The notes beneath the pieces are model-generated. The model was not told the origin of the DNA. It saw only the letters and a list, made by a program, of their open reading frames with translations, and ran no database searches. Shown in pieces: positions 12,734 through 26,250 of a stretch of 64,000 bases of DNA. The DNA is taken from the NCBI RefSeq assembly GCF_004010195.1, contig NC_057719.1:33255520-33319519 (forward strand), written 5' to 3'. Made by a program: the position numbers and the translations under genes. Within the stretch, counting starts at the first letter, position 1, and the number at the start of each line of letters is the position of its first letter. Source of the DNA: Chiloscyllium plagiosum. Taxonomy: Eukaryota.

Positions 12734-13379
12734 TCAGTGTAGGGGTTGAAGATCAACCATAATCTTATTAAATGGTTAATAAGGCCTGTGAATGACTGTA
12801 TCTGCTCATATTTTTAATGTATATATCTAATAGATTTGGCTTCCTTTTGGTCATGTGATTCTAATGTTGTTGTTCCATGTTCCAGCTATAGATTGTGGAG
12901 TCTGGGGACACTGTCAGTAAAATAGACCATTTTTATTTGCAGCACTGTAACATACCTCAGAGGTATGTCATTCACATTCACATTTTACAGCATATTGCCC
13001 TTTTTAGTTCTCAGATAGCAAGCATTCGCATTGTTAAGGCCAAAGGGATTTGGGCTTGATTCAGTCTAGGTTTTTATGGGGGAAAGAGATAGCCATAATT
13101 TTAATCCACATATATACTTTGAAAGGTCAAATTCAAAACCTGACAAGAAGACTGCAAGTATAGGAAGAATGAAATAATGGAATAAAAGAAAGAGTAAATC
13201 ATCAACAGTAAATGTTAGCTCAGCAAGCATGTTCAAATTTCTTATTTGTTACAGGTGGTGTCTATTCAACTAAAATTTACTTCAAACAGACCAGATGTCA
13301 AAGCTTCCCTTTGAGTCAGTGGAAATCAAATCTGAATCAGTGTATGTTTCCAAACCTTCTTTAATTTCTATAGATTTAG

Positions 13380-13582
13380 AGTGGGATGCTGGAAAAGAAC
13401 AGCAAGTCAGGCAGCATCCGAGAAGCAGGAGAATTGACATTTTGGGCATAAGCTATTCTTGATGAAGGGCTTATGCCCAAAATGTTGATTCTCCTGCTCC
13501 TCGGATGCTGCCTGACCTGCTGTGCTTTACCAACACCCTACTCTCGACTCTGATCTCCACCATCTGAAGTCCTCACTTTCTT
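13380..13582. mobile_element. Palindromic Penelope pLTR derivative (family A)
   Basis: gctggaaaagaacagcaagtcaggcagcatccgag...gggcataagc / gatgaagggcttatgccc...ctcggatgctgcctgacctgctgtgcttt: head-to-head inverted copies. Confidence 0.75.
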
Positions 13583-14217
13583 CAAGTATCAAATTTAGTC
13601 AATGTAATTAGACTCACTGGAAAAAAAAGTGAGATATTTCTGGTGGAACAATCCAAGTGGACATCCTAGTGTACTATAAGAAATTTATAATTTCAGATTT
13701 CTGCAACATCACATTTACTTGTGTGTCTCATCCAAAGATTGCTGCTTGAATATTTGCATTAAATAGGTTTGCTAAAATCAATATCTGTGAAATATATTCT
13801 CCTCCTCCTTCAAATATTTTTCAAAATGATCTCCACCTTACTAGTTGATCGTGAAAACCACAGCTCTATTTCTTGACCCAATTTCAATGTGAACTTAATA
13901 TATATGCAAACTTCCTCAAACCAGAGTCATTTTAATTTAAATGTAAACCATCAGAACTGAAGACTGAGGAGCTCACAAGTTTAACATTTTTAATGATATC
14001 TCTTTGAATTTCTTGGAAATTCTCTCTCATTGATACATCCCCTGAAAGCTGATTCCCAAATTAATTTGTCAGAATCTTTCATTATCTAAAGGCTCCAACA
14101 GTCTATTATTCTTATGTTCAAATGCATGTGCATTCCCACAACAGATATTCAGAATTTTCTTTTCAGAAAGAAACCTAATTACTCACTGTGGCAATGTAAA
14201 ACATATTTTCTGTATCT

Positions 14218-14521
14218 GATTAGATTACCTACAGTGTGGAAACAGACCCTTCGGCCCAACAAGTCCACACCGACCCTCCGAAGAGAAACCCACACCCCTA
14301 TATTTACCCCAGACTAATCCACCTGACACTATGGGCAATTTAGCATGGGCAATTTAGCATGGGCAATTCACCTAACCTGCACATCTTTGGACTGTGGGAG
14401 GAAACCGGAGCACCCAGACACAGGGAGAATGTGCAAACTCCACACAGACAGTTGACCGAGGCGGGAATTAAACCCAGGTCTCTGGCGCTGTGAGGCAGCT
14501 GTGCTAACCACTGTGCCATCC
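14218..14521 (-). mobile_element. HE1-type V-SINE
   Basis: Same consensus as the other copies; internal 16-bp duplication atgggcaatttagc. Confidence 0.9.
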
Positions 14522-14681
14522 ATATCTGTCAGATAATTTTTCATGACATTTGAAAGGTGACCTCATTGAATAATATATGATTGTTATTTTATTCCTCTAG
14601 CCAGCTAATAAATTACCACCAGATAGAGTTGTACAAAATGTAGACAAAAAGTATTTTGGTTCTCGTTAATTTTTATTATTA

Positions 14682-15062
14682 GGAGATGGTGGTGTCAGAG
14701 TAATTTTGCTGGATTGGTATTCTAGTGGCTCCAATGACATGGCTTCAAATTTGACTGTGCAGATGGTGGAATTTAACTTAATTAATAAAAAAAATCTAGA
14801 ATTGAAAGCTAATGTCTGTATTGATGAGCATGGAAATTATTATCTGCTGTTGGGAAAACTCACCTTGTTCACTAAGAGAAGGACATCTGTCATCCTTTTC
14901 TGGTCTGGCCACCACATGACTTTCAGATTCATGGTAATGGTTGACAATTATGCATCCTCCAAAGTAGCCTGGGAAATCACTCAGTTCAAGAGCAATTAGG
15001 GATAGGCAACAAATGCTGGAAATACCAGTAATGCTCACATCCCAGGAAAAAATAAATAAAAA
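14682..15062 (+). mobile_element. Old tRNA-headed SINE with LINE-derived tail
   Basis: Degenerate A/B boxes (ggtggtgtcagagtaa..., ggcttcaaatt), tail gagcaattagggataggcaacaaatgctgg...cacatcccagg followed by an A-rich end. A related copy lies on the minus strand at ~57290-57475. Confidence 0.6.
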
Positions 15063-17696
15063 CTCCAATAATTCTATTGTGCATCTTCAAAGTATATAAA
15101 CTATGTCAGTAATTGTGAGACAAAAGCTAGGAAACTAGTCCAAAGTTGAGAAAGTTTATTGCATGTAGCCTCAAGTGTTAACCTTTCTAAGCTGAGTCTA
15201 ACTTTACAGAAATGTTATAAAAGAACTAATAATTGTGTAAACTAAAATTATTTCTTTTTTACTAACAATAGTTGCTCCAATAATATTGCAACATGCCTCA
15301 TATGGTTTTATATGTTTTTGTATAATTATGCATCTAGGAATGAAAAAAAAAGTCATTTTTTGAGATCTGAATATTTTGAGATTTTAGTACACCTTTAATA
15401 TCTCCACCAATAGTAAATTAGCACTTGTGGGGATAAGGTTTGAGAAGAATTAATACACTATCTTATTTTATAAGTGAAATAGAGAGCAACTATCGTAACC
15501 AGCCTCATCGATTTCAAACGGCACAAAATACCAGTTACCTTCAAAGAATGATATGAAATAAGTGGTATGTCATGCTTTCTTTATCAATTGGTTTTTCTTA
15601 TTCAAACAATTGGTCTTCTACCATTCCTCTAGCATGTCTGGCTTTACCTAAAGCATCAAATATTCTTTCTTTTAAAACTTAACTCTATTGTGAGCTTTCT
15701 CTCTTTTTACATCTCTCCAGTCACACTTTAGGATAAAAGGGTTGTTCAGATACAATGGTTATGAGGTATTTTTCCTCAATTACCGAGACAAGCCAGAAGC
15801 ACATTATTATTTAGTTTATGGGGAGAGCAATTAGCATTGATTGGGAATGACCACTTTGCGTCTGGAGGCCATTTTAAAAAGGAGTGCAAGAATGTGTTGT
15901 TTAAAAAGACAATTAAAAGTAACTAACTAATGTGCAAACTTGTTTCCTCCGAAGCAATGTGCAGAGTCATTGAATGTACCTTTCTTGCAACCATAGTTCG
16001 TTTGCTGAGCTAAACATTTGCAAATGTTTAAATTACACTCAGGTCTCCAGTAAAACAGTTTGCTTAATTTAAACTTTAACATAAAAAAAACTCTGCTGTT
16101 CTCACCAAATAGAATTAAATAAAAATGTGAAGCCCACACAAAACAAAAGAAACCAAAGCCTGTAGGAAACGTGCATGGGAAACAGTTGCAAAAAAAAAAT
16201 CAATTATAATTCCTTTAAGAGATCCATCAGACATGAAGCTTCCCTTTATACCCACTTCAGATCAATTCACATCATGACCCCATCTTAAACTGAATAAAAT
16301 TCTGCAGTTTCATTTAAATCTATTTAAATGCATTCTAACATTTAAATTAAACTATTGAAATTTAGATGACTGGAAGGTCATGTGCATGCCAATGGGTATA
16401 AATCTGGTACATGCTTTCTCTCCAATTTCCCAATCACCATTAGTCTGTTCCACCTTCTACACTAGCAGTCATGGCAACTGATCATAAACTCCCACCAGAG
16501 AATGCTGTACAGCACAAGCTGAATCTTTGAAGCACAATTAATGAGCAGACAGTATTTGATGAGATTGACATTTTACTCATACAGAATGATGAGTAAGCCT
16601 TATGTGCAACTCTGAAGCTCATTTGGAATGCTTGCAAACCTTAAGAATACATTTATATCTTCCACCAATTTCCATCACATCTGTTTCTCCTGCTTTCTAC
16701 TCTCACTTCAGCCATTCTAATTCATTTCACCATATTTCTCTGCTATTTTTTATTTTCCTCCGTTCCACTTTTGCTCATTCTCTGAATGTTTCTTTTTACA
16801 CTTTTCAGTTATTCCATGCTCTTCCACACATTTTCCACATTCTCCTCCTTCCGAATCCCACTCTTCTTCTTGGCCTACGACTTTACATTGAAGTAATGAG
16901 GAGACAATCTCGTTTTCCTCCCTCCACTCTTTGCTCGTTCACATCTTTCCCTCTCTCAGATAGGAGAGGTGACCTAAAAGTACTGAGTGGCTGATTAGAG
17001 TCACCAACACTGAGCTTTGCAGGATTGTGGATCCTTAACCACAGGACAAAACCAGAGCTGCCAGATGTCAGCTTACAGTGCACCTGCTAAGAAGGCCAAC
17101 ATGTTTTTTATCAAGTTTATTTAAATTCCCACAATTGCACAGGGTTTTTCCAGAGGTAAGCATGTTTCATTAACAGCACCAACTCATTGTAATTTTATTT
17201 ATAGCATTGTGTGGGAGGAATCCATTAAGTTGGAGCTCCACTAACCAGATGAAACTAGAAATCAAGGATGTTCATTCTACTTTTGATGTACGGCTACAAA
17301 ATATCCATAGGACTAGAAAACGTTCCCACTGAAACTGCTCAATACAACTTTGTGTGAGATTGTGATCCTCACAGATTTTTGTGATGCCTGTCCAATGTGG
17401 ATGTAAACCGTGGTCAAGTTATTCGCAACCTGAATGATAATGCTTTTCCATCTTTGGCACATTCACAGCTAACATTTCTCTTTCACTAGCATTCCTTTCA
17501 ATTTACACCCTTCTCTCACCTTCTCAGGCTTCATCTCTGGTTCTGACCTTCCCCAGCCTCTTTCACGATTTCTGATGAAGGAACAATTGGAAACCTAGCT
17601 GTGCAACATCCCTTGGGACTATAAGAAGATAGAATTCTTCATTCAACTAAATTGTCATGTGGTTGACTCTGAGACTCCGTTCCTGAATTTAAATAA

Positions 17697-17876
17697 GATG
17701 TGAAGTTGCCATAGTCACAGAGGACTGATCTTTCATGAGAGAGATGGCTGACAAGGGTTGATGTGGAGAAGCCAAAACCTTCATAGTAACTTCAGCTGGT
17801 GTGGGAATTCAACACTGGCTGCTGCGTCAGTTTGCAGTACAAACCAGCCATCCAGCTAACCAGCTAACTGACTCCC
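17697..17876 (-). mobile_element. Old tRNA-derived SINE fragment
   Basis: Reverse complement begins gggagtcagttagctggttagctggatggctggtttg and has B-box-like gttgaattccc. Confidence 0.5.
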
Positions 17877-17901
17877 TTAAATATGGGAAATTACAATGCT
17901 A

Positions 17902-18075
17902 GGAGAAAGTGAGGTCTGCAGATGCTGGAGATCAAAGTTGAAACTTTATTGCTGGAACAGCACAGCAGGTCAGGCAGCATCCAGGGAACAGGAGAAGGGC
18001 CTGTGCCCGAAACGTCGAATCTCCTGTTCCCTGGATGCTGCCTGACCTGCTGTGCTGTTCCAGCAATAAAGTTTC
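17902..18075. mobile_element. Young palindromic Penelope pLTR derivative (family A) with 14-bp target-site duplication
   Basis: Flanked by exact aaattacaatgcta at 17888-17901 and 18076-18089. Internal arms ttgaaactttattgctggaacagcacagcaggtcaggcagcatccagggaacaggaga / tctcctgttccctggatgctgcctgacctgctgtgctgttccagcaataaagtttcaa are reverse complements. Confidence 0.85.
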
Positions 18076-18089
18076 AAATTACAATGCTA

Positions 18090-18273
18090 ACCTTGCTAAT
18101 GCTGATCTTGCCAACTGCACTCTCTGTGCAATGTAACTTGTAGGCAGGCCTCTGTCTAAGTCTTTCTGATCTGCACATCCTTTCTTACTATGATCTGCCT
18201 GTACAGCTCGTAAATGAAGCTTTTCATTGTACTTCGATATACGTGACAATAAATAAATAAAATAAATTAAATA
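18090..18273 (+). mobile_element. Rex1/Babar-type LINE 3' tail fragment
   Basis: Matches the 3' UTR at 36980-37143 (aatgctgatcttg...tatgatctgcctg...ttttcattgtac...acaataaat). Confidence 0.6.
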
Positions 18274-18289
18274 CAATGGTATTCGGCAT

Positions 18290-19600
18290 GAGCTGCCTGA
18301 GAGACATTGGGGAACATACCTGAAAAAGATGACAGTGGATAGGTAATGATAAACATTTGAGGGGCAGCTGGATTAACTGCAACAATTATTCATTGCTGTC
18401 TGGCGCAAAAATAAAACATTGAAGGTGGTCATGGCAAACAAAAGAAACTTAGGATAGGATTAGATCCAAGGAAGAGGCTTACAAATTGGCCAAAGAAAAA
18501 CAGACCTGAGGACAGGGAGTAGTTTCAATTTCAGCAAAGTGAGGCAAACGGATTGATTAAGAGGGATAAAATAGAATACAAAAATAAGATTGCAAGGAAC
18601 CTACAAACTGAGTGGCCATCTTGCAAGATTCTCCAAACTCTGGAACAGTTCCGTTGTAGGGTAGCTCACGTAACCCCATTACTTAAAAAAAAAAGGACAG
18701 AAGGAAAATGCAATTATAGACTGATTAGCCTGACATCAATAGCGGAGAATGTATTAGAATCCATTGTAATTGATTTAATAACCAAACACTTGGAGAACAA
18801 TGACAAGGCCAGACAGAGTCAGCATGGACACATGAAAGGGAAACCATGATTGACAAATCTGCTGGAATTTTGAGGATGCAATGAACACAATTGATAAAAG
18901 AAAGTCAGTGGGTGTGAGTTACTTGGAGTTTCAGAAGGCTTTCATATGTTCCCACGTAAATAAAATTAAAGCTCATGGGATTGGGGGTAATGTACTAACC
19001 TGAACAGAGAATTGGTTGACAGACAGGAAACAAACAGTAGGAATAAAGTGGCAGTCAGTGATTAGTAGGTACTGCACAGATCAGCACTTGGACCCCAGTA
19101 ATTTGTAATATGCATTAATGATTTAGATAAAGGAAGTAAATATAATAACGCCAGGTTTACAGGTGACACAGTGGGTGAACTGTGAGGAGGTTGCAGAGAT
19201 GCCTCAGACTGATTTGGACAAGTTGAATGAGTGAGCAAATGCATTGGAGATTAAGTTAATGTAGATAAATGTGAGTTTATTCACTTTTACTAGCAAAAAC
19301 AGGAAGGCAGATTATGATCCGAATGGTGATAGGTTGGATGGTACATCGAGACGTGGGTGTCCTTATACTTCATTTACTGAAAGTAAGCATGCAGGTGGAG
19401 AAGCAGGAAAATAGTATGTTGGCCTTCATAGCAAGAGGCTCAATTATGGGAGCAGGGATGTCTTGCTGTCAATGTACAGGACCTTGGTGAGACCACTGTC
19501 AGTGTATTGTAAAGCATTAAGATGTAGCAGTGCAACAATGGTTTACCAGACTGATTCCTGGGATGGCAGGACTGATGTGAGAAGTTAGTAGGACTATATT
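18290..19600 (+). mobile_element. Old CR1 LINE ORF2 remnant
   Basis: Peptide AHVTPLLKKK...NYRLISLTSIAENVLESI...SQHGHMKGK (ORF 18553-18849) and downstream RT motifs with many stops. Confidence 0.85.
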
Positions 19601-20690
19601 CTCTCCCAAAACCAAATCCTTACTTTCTACCTCATTTACTTCCACATTGAACAAATAACCCATTGTTAGATCCACCCTCTCCAGTATGATGGAACCACCA
19701 ATTACATTTTTCTCTAAAGAATTTGAAAGGGACCTTTCCCTCGGCAACAGCCTGATCTATTCCTCAATCACTCTCTTGCCTTCCCTTTGTACTTTATCAT
19801 GAAAACACAGGAAAGACCATCAATAAACGTGGGGATCATAAGTATTAATCTATCAAGATGGACTATCATCAAAGATCTGCTTGAATGGCAGAGCAGGCTC
19901 GATGGGTTAAATGGCCAACTCCTGCTCCTACTTCCTGCATTCCAATGAAATGCAACCCTTTTGATGTCCACTTTTCTCACTCTCCAGAGCCTCATGCACT
20001 CCTTCCAAATGAAACAATCATTTACTTGTACTTTATTCCAAGTCAGAATACAGTATTCACAGTTATGATTGGTCTCTTTTACACAAGGGATGTCAAACAC
20101 TGCTTGAGTGATTACTTTGAGAAAAGTTCTATTCTATCTACAAGCTTCATCCTGAGCTTCCAATTGCCTGTCATTTTAAATTTCAGTCCCAGTCCCATTC
20201 TGAAATCAATGCCTTGGCCTTTTGCACTGTTGCAATGAATCTCAATGTAGTCTCAAGGAACAGAACCTCACCCTTGACTAGGCAATCTAGCCTTCCAAAC
20301 ACAAACAATTCGAAATCATAGCTGTACTGCCAATAATTGCAAACAGAAGTTGTAGGTTATAATTATCCTATTGCCATTTTAACCTTTTTCTGTCCCTGAT
20401 TTTGTCCCGTTACGTTACAATCTCTTTCTGCCTTCCATCATCAACACTTCGGTAATCAGTCTCTCCTGACTCCCACCACATAAAATATTCTTACCCAGGC
20501 TTCCATGTGCTAAGCAGCCTGGAAAGTCTCTGACAGGCCTTTTCCCAACGACATGCAGTCTTTGACTGAGTGGGCTAACAAAATCTAATGGTATTGTAGA
20601 TGAAAAACATGGTTGCAAACTACATTAAAATTTTACAGGGAACCTCTTTCAAATCTTGTGATGAAGGCCACTGATTAGAAACCTCAAGCA
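19600..20690 (+). mobile_element. Old Penelope-like element 3' part (GIY-YIG region) with an embedded CR1 tail
   Basis: Similar to the reverse complement of 50910-51596 (ggtctcttttacacaaggg, ctcaaggaacagaacctcacc); ends in a degenerate hammerhead-like gtgatgaaggcc...gaaac near 20658-20682. Confidence 0.5.
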
Positions 20691-21974
20691 AGCAGAATAT
20701 AGAATGTTCAGACACACTTTCTTTTTAATAGTGAAGTTTCATTTAGATCAGAAGCAGGTGAAATGGCAGGGAAATAAAAGAACACTTGAAGGTTGCCACA
20801 GATGAGAGCCTTGTTTGAGTCTGAGGGATGGAAAAAATTATAAAGGAAATGAAGATCTACAGTTAGGACTGGGAGAAAGTGGGCCAAGCACATTCTCCAT
20901 CATTAACATAGGGAGAGACTGTAATGAGGAATACTGTATTGTAACAGCCAGCCTTGACCAAGTGTTAGAATTAATTTATGAACGTTTGTAAGTCTTTTTT
21001 TCCCAAGTGACACCTTAGAAGATACACAAGCACATGAATGAAGTTACAAATAATTTTAACTCCAATTGTTATTTAGAGTCTCTGAACTATTACATTTTCA
21101 TTGTATTGGTCACTTTCTTCCGGTTTCTAAAATATAATGAGAGTGACTGAGCAATCAAAGAGAGCAATCCGCATTACAAAATTCAGATGGTCAGTTAAGG
21201 GCTAAGCAATGATCATTCAACAGAAGGAACTTTACCGTCTGGTACAGTACCTAACACACCAGACGATGATTTATGTAGGGAGATCACGACAGCATTCGAG
21301 ACCATAGATCAAATAGCCAATAAAATGTATCCCTCTAGAAGGAGCTCAAGAGCAGCTCACAGAACTACTCAAACCCTATTCAGCAGAAGGGGAGCCATAG
21401 AAACTGCATAATACATTCCATATCAATATTTATTACATGCAAAAAATATTAAAAATAAACTTTTATTAAAATGACACAGCAGCACTGCAACTGATAATCA
21501 TTGAGAATGAAACTATATAACAAATGTAACAAGTAAAATCCCTCCATTAATGCAACAAAATGGAAAGCAGCAAAGCCCACAGTAAATATATAATCTAATG
21601 GTAGTAATGATGCATAGGAGGGTACCTATTGTGGATTTTAGATCACCAGTGTTTATTGCAGGATTCATCTTCACCTTGTGCCAAAAATAAAAACCTATAA
21701 TAAAGAGCACACATTTGAGTTCATTCTGTCTAACAAGCCAGTGTCCTGGATCTCTCATTGTCACCCTGGACTTCATCTATTCTATTTCTGCTGTTTAAGC
21801 ACCAGATATTCTAATGAACAAGACTTTCTTAAATATATGGATTTCTTCAGAAAATGAACTTTCTTATCATGTCCTTATCCAGTATGTTATGTTTAAAAGG
21901 GTCCCTAAAATCAGCTATCTAAAGACTACCACCACATTACGTGTTAGGAGTCAAATGCTGCATTTCAACATTTC

Positions 21975-22138
21975 AAAATAGGATCATTTATTCATCAGAT
22001 AAGTCTGGTTTTAATAATGCTTCCTAAATATCAGTTAGGAGTATTTTGTTTTATTAAAAGTACCATTGTGTATATTATTCGTTGCTTATTTACCACTTAA
22101 AGCAGTACCTCATGTTATCTTACAAATTCTGCATCCGT
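21975..22138 (+). repeat. 164-bp direct repeat, copy 1 (downstream of the Ig3 exon)
   Basis: aaaataggatcatttattcatcag...caaattctgcatccgt; 5 mismatches versus 23690-23853. Confidence 0.95.
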
Positions 22139-22997
22139 CCCTGCCAACTATTTGGAGCACTAACTTCATGTATCTTTCAGTGTACTTGTCTTCCAGTTTG
22201 TAGACTTCAATGTAACTGGTTTACAGAGCAATTTGTGTTCAACATCATCGCAATAAAAATATTGAACATTTCTCATCTAGCGTATGTTTTAATTCTGAGC
22301 ACTGGACACCTGCAAAGATAGATTCACAGCACTGTATTAACATGGACTGTTTATATAACAACTCATGTTGAATGATATCAAGTCACTTCAATTACCAATA
22401 GTTTCTCTTCATTGAGGATTCCATGTAAAGAGGGCTATGCACAATATAAACTCAAATTGTCAATCAGAATTCAAATTGGACCCCTTATGATATACAAATT
22501 CAAAGTTTTACCTCCTAGTGTGCTGAAGCTAGTTATTGTATATTGAATGGGTGAGGGCTCTGGTTATTGCAGTAGAATTTCCAACAAAGGGCAACAAATC
22601 AATAATTGACAAAATAATCCTTTGGTGTTCCCAATTAGCTTTCATCTTTTTCTCGCTCCTCCATTCAGTTGCTCTGCTGAGATAGAGTTGCAACTCGTCA
22701 TTCTTCCTGCTTGAATCGAAACAACCAGTATCTATGGGCTTCTGGGTGCCTGTGCCTGTCCCTGTCCACATTGTCTGCTCAAACAGTGCACCATCAGCAG
22801 GAATTGCTTCATGGCAATCAGAAACAGGGGCTCAAGACAACATGTTCCTCCATAGAGCATGGGCAGTAGCACCAATTGCAGTACTGCTTACTGTCCCAAT
22901 TGAATTAAGCTAACCTACATAAGATAAAATGCTCTCAGCACCATAATAGCATGATTATCTTGAAACAGACATATCTTGAGACATAAAGCTTCCTTAC

Positions 22998-23267
22998 CTC
23001 TTACAGTGATTGTACTCGACTTTTTGGCAGGGTTGCCCACATTGTTGTTAGCGAGACAACTGTAAGCTCCGGCCTCCTCTACATTGATTGAATGCAACGT
23101 TAAGGTCCCTCCTTTTAACACACTTGTTTTTGGAAGAGGTCCAATGGCCTTGATCCAGGTTAGGGTGGGAGGGGGGTCTCCGCCAGTCGTGACACACACC
23201 ATGGAAAGTGAATCCCCAGGGTTTACTACAATATGCTCAGGAACCAACAACTTGATGGAAGGGGAAG
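22998..23267 (-). CDS. MDGA2: MDGA2 internal coding exon (complete Ig3 domain), 270 nt, symmetric phase 1-1
   Basis: Translates (A)SPSIKLLVPEHIVVNPGDSLSMVCVTTGGDPPPTLTWIK...GAYSCLANNNVGNPAKKSSTITVR with both Ig cysteines and the core Trp. Acceptor tttttccttacag|CT, donor AGAG|gtaagg. Phase matches the 44137 donor. Confidence 0.95.
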
Positions 23268-23689
23268 CTGTAAGGAAAAAAAATCAATGGAAGAAATATA
23301 AATATGGATGCTTAGTCATCTTTTATCAAGTCTGCAAAGAACACACTTTTACTCAAAAATTTAAATTTTACATGGTGACAGACAGCTTCATAAAAGCCCA
23401 GTAATTAGATGATCATTCGTTTAAAAAGGATCATTTCTATTGCCTGTGATACATTCACCATAAAAGCATTATTATTAGTGAGAAAAAAAACAAACATTAA
23501 ATAGTTCACTCTTATTTTGAATTCTACTATTGAGCAATTAGTTATGTTAAGAGCTGCAAAACCAATTTGTAGGATATCAGTGAAGCCATTTACTGACATT
23601 CCTGGTCATTGATGTCAAAGCAGCATCTCGAGCCAAGTGTGGACACTCAAATGAACCATCTCTATTGGGTGAAATGAGGGAATCCGTTT

Positions 23690-23853
23690 AAAATAGGATC
23701 ATTTATTCATCAGATAAGTCTGGTTTTAATAATGCTTCCTAAATATCAGTTGGGAGTATTTTGTTTTATTAAAAGTACCATTGTATATATTATACGTTGC
23801 TTATTTACCACGTAAAGCAGTACCTCATGTTATCTTACAAATTCTGCATTCGT
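23690..23853 (+). repeat. 164-bp direct repeat, copy 2 (upstream of the Ig3 exon)
   Basis: aaaataggatcatttattcatcag...caaattctgcattcgt. Confidence 0.95.
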
Positions 23854-25359
23854 GCAACATTTTAGATAAAACAGGAGAAGCATGCATTAGAGTCTAGGGG
23901 CAGCATGCAGCTCTATCCTGTTCCATTAGATATTTCTGAAGTGGTTTGACAAAAATGATGAGCACACAGCTGCATGAATGCAAGTTGAATGTCAGGATCT
24001 TGGATTTTAGGTTTACATAACCTACCAAAGTCTAAACTCAATAGTTCTACCCCCTTCAGTGGACTATCACAATTTAAGTCCTATTTAGTGTGGGAAGCAT
24101 TAAAATGAAGGTTCTTGCCCTGCTGAGATTAAAGTGACTGATTGACAATTTCCATGCAGCCTACATAAATATCTTGCCTGTCAATCATGATTATATTTCA
24201 AAGCATATCAGGGGACAAGTCTTAAGACTAATCGTGAGTCTCAGATGCTCTCTGTAAGCAATGTGTATTAGAGGGTGTTTCAGTGCAGGAGTGGCAAACT
24301 GTGTTGCAAATGACATTTTAAAACCCTGTGAGGCATAGCTAATTGTCTTTCTTTGTAAATAGTTCTTCAATGTTCAAGATTGATTTTAGTAAGAACAATA
24401 ATGGGCTCATTCAATTGGAATCACCTGGAAATCGCTGGTTTGAAGCCTGGTGGTCTCTGTCTATTTTTAGTCCTGATTTCTCAGTGGAGTGTTCTGGACC
24501 TGCAGGGAGTGCATGTCATTATTCATCTTTCCCATTGGTAATAATCAAGCCGGCTGGTACATGTGGCATATGAAGGTCATTGTGCCTGAAGCAGCAGCTT
24601 GTTTTCCTACCGATAATGTTTCTGCACAGAGGCTCATAGAAAGATATTATTTGTCAGTAACTCATCCTGGTTTAGCATATTCATTGTAATTCAATAGCTG
24701 CTTTTCACCAGCCATGGAGGTAAAGTCAATAGGCTAGATATCATACTCTATTTACTGAGAGCAATTGCTTCCCACAAACAACACAAATATCCCAGACACC
24801 ACATACAGTTTAAAGACTATCATGTGACCAACAAGATAAAATTGTGGTGTAACTTTTCCTTAATACTGAAATCTTCGTCAGGAGTAGGCATAGTGAGTGC
24901 TGCAATCCCATAACTGTATAGCAATGAATTCACTTCAAATATATTGTTCTTCATTGGGCGTAAAACATTTTGGAACACACGGGGATCATGAAAGGCACTG
25001 TCTAATGCGAGTTACTTTTTTTTCCATTTTATTCATTGTAGCATCATTGATGGGATTTTATCCATCCTTTTTTCCCAAGCTGCTGATCAGTCATGTATAA
25101 AGTTGAGTCAATGCAGATGTTACACCATGCAAATCATTTTCACAGCAATACAATAAGGAAACAAAGCTTGGAGATGGTTCCTCTACACTGTCAGAACTAT
25201 TGCCTGTTTTTGTTCATTCCAACATGCATTCAGCTCTCTATGTTTATCACAACAACCTTCACCATTTTTTTTTTGCAGCATCAATATTATTTCTTGTCCC
25301 TGTGGGAGTACGATCAAGATATTCATGGATCATGTAAATTGATGTGGAGGCAAATAGAG

Positions 25360-26250
25360 AGGAGGACAGCTGTAAGGAGAAGGATAGAAAAAGACTACTC
25401 AGATGGGCAGAGAAGTGGAAAATGGAATTGACCCCAGGAAACTGCAAAGTAATACACTCAGGAGGACTATTATGGCAAGGGATTACACTATGAATATTAG
25501 GTCCCTGGGAAGTACTGAACATCAAGAGGATCTTGATGTGTATATCCATAGATCAGAAGGTAGCAGGGCTAGCAAATAAAGTGATTAAGAAAGTGTATGT
25601 GATATTTGCCTTTATTGATAAAGCTTAGATTTCATTTATTTTTAGTACAGATTCTAGCATCTGCAGTAAGTTGCTCCGAATTAAAATACGAGGGCAAGGA
25701 AGTTATGCTGGAACTGTATAAAATGTTAATTAGGCCACAACAGGAGTAGGGTGAGCAGTTATGGTCACCACATGATATGAAGGATGCAATTGTACTGGAT
25801 AGGGTACAGGAGGACTTACATGAATGCTGTCTGAGCTGGGAGGTCTGAGCAATAAGAAAAGATTGGAGAGGCTGAGTTTGTTCTCCTTGGAGAAGCAAAG
25901 TTTAAGAGAGGACCATAAAAAGATGTATAAGATGATGAGCTGCATAGATAGGATAGATTGAAAGCCATTTTTTTCCATTATTAGAGGGGGTTGATAACCA
26001 AGGAGCAGAGATTTAAGGTAAGAGGTAGAAGGCTAAGAGAATGGAAGAGAAACTTTTGTTTGAGGGTCTGGAATAAACTGCCTGAGAGGGTCGTTCCATC
26101 AGCAACTTTGAATTTAAGCAGTATTTAAATTTTTACTTGTTTTGGCTTGGCCTCCAGGTCTGAGTCAAGAGCTAGAAAGTTAGATGTACTCAGATTATGT
26201 TGACCAGTGCCAAATGTCTCCTGTGCTGTAAAAGTCTTTGAGTCTATGAG
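25360..26250 (+). mobile_element. Old CR1 LINE 3' portion
   Basis: Decayed agatgggcagagaagtggaaaatggaatt (WAEKWQMEF-like), gagtttgttctccttggagaag (LFSLE) and tail ctgtgctgtaaaagtctttgagtctatgag. Confidence 0.75.

Noticed and set aside
1..22997. Search for the next MDGA2 exon (Ig4, expected ALKKGRFWITPDP...)
   Set aside because: No such peptide in the ORF track or by eye; the intron apparently extends past the window start (it could only hide in the short gap, which lies inside a MITE).
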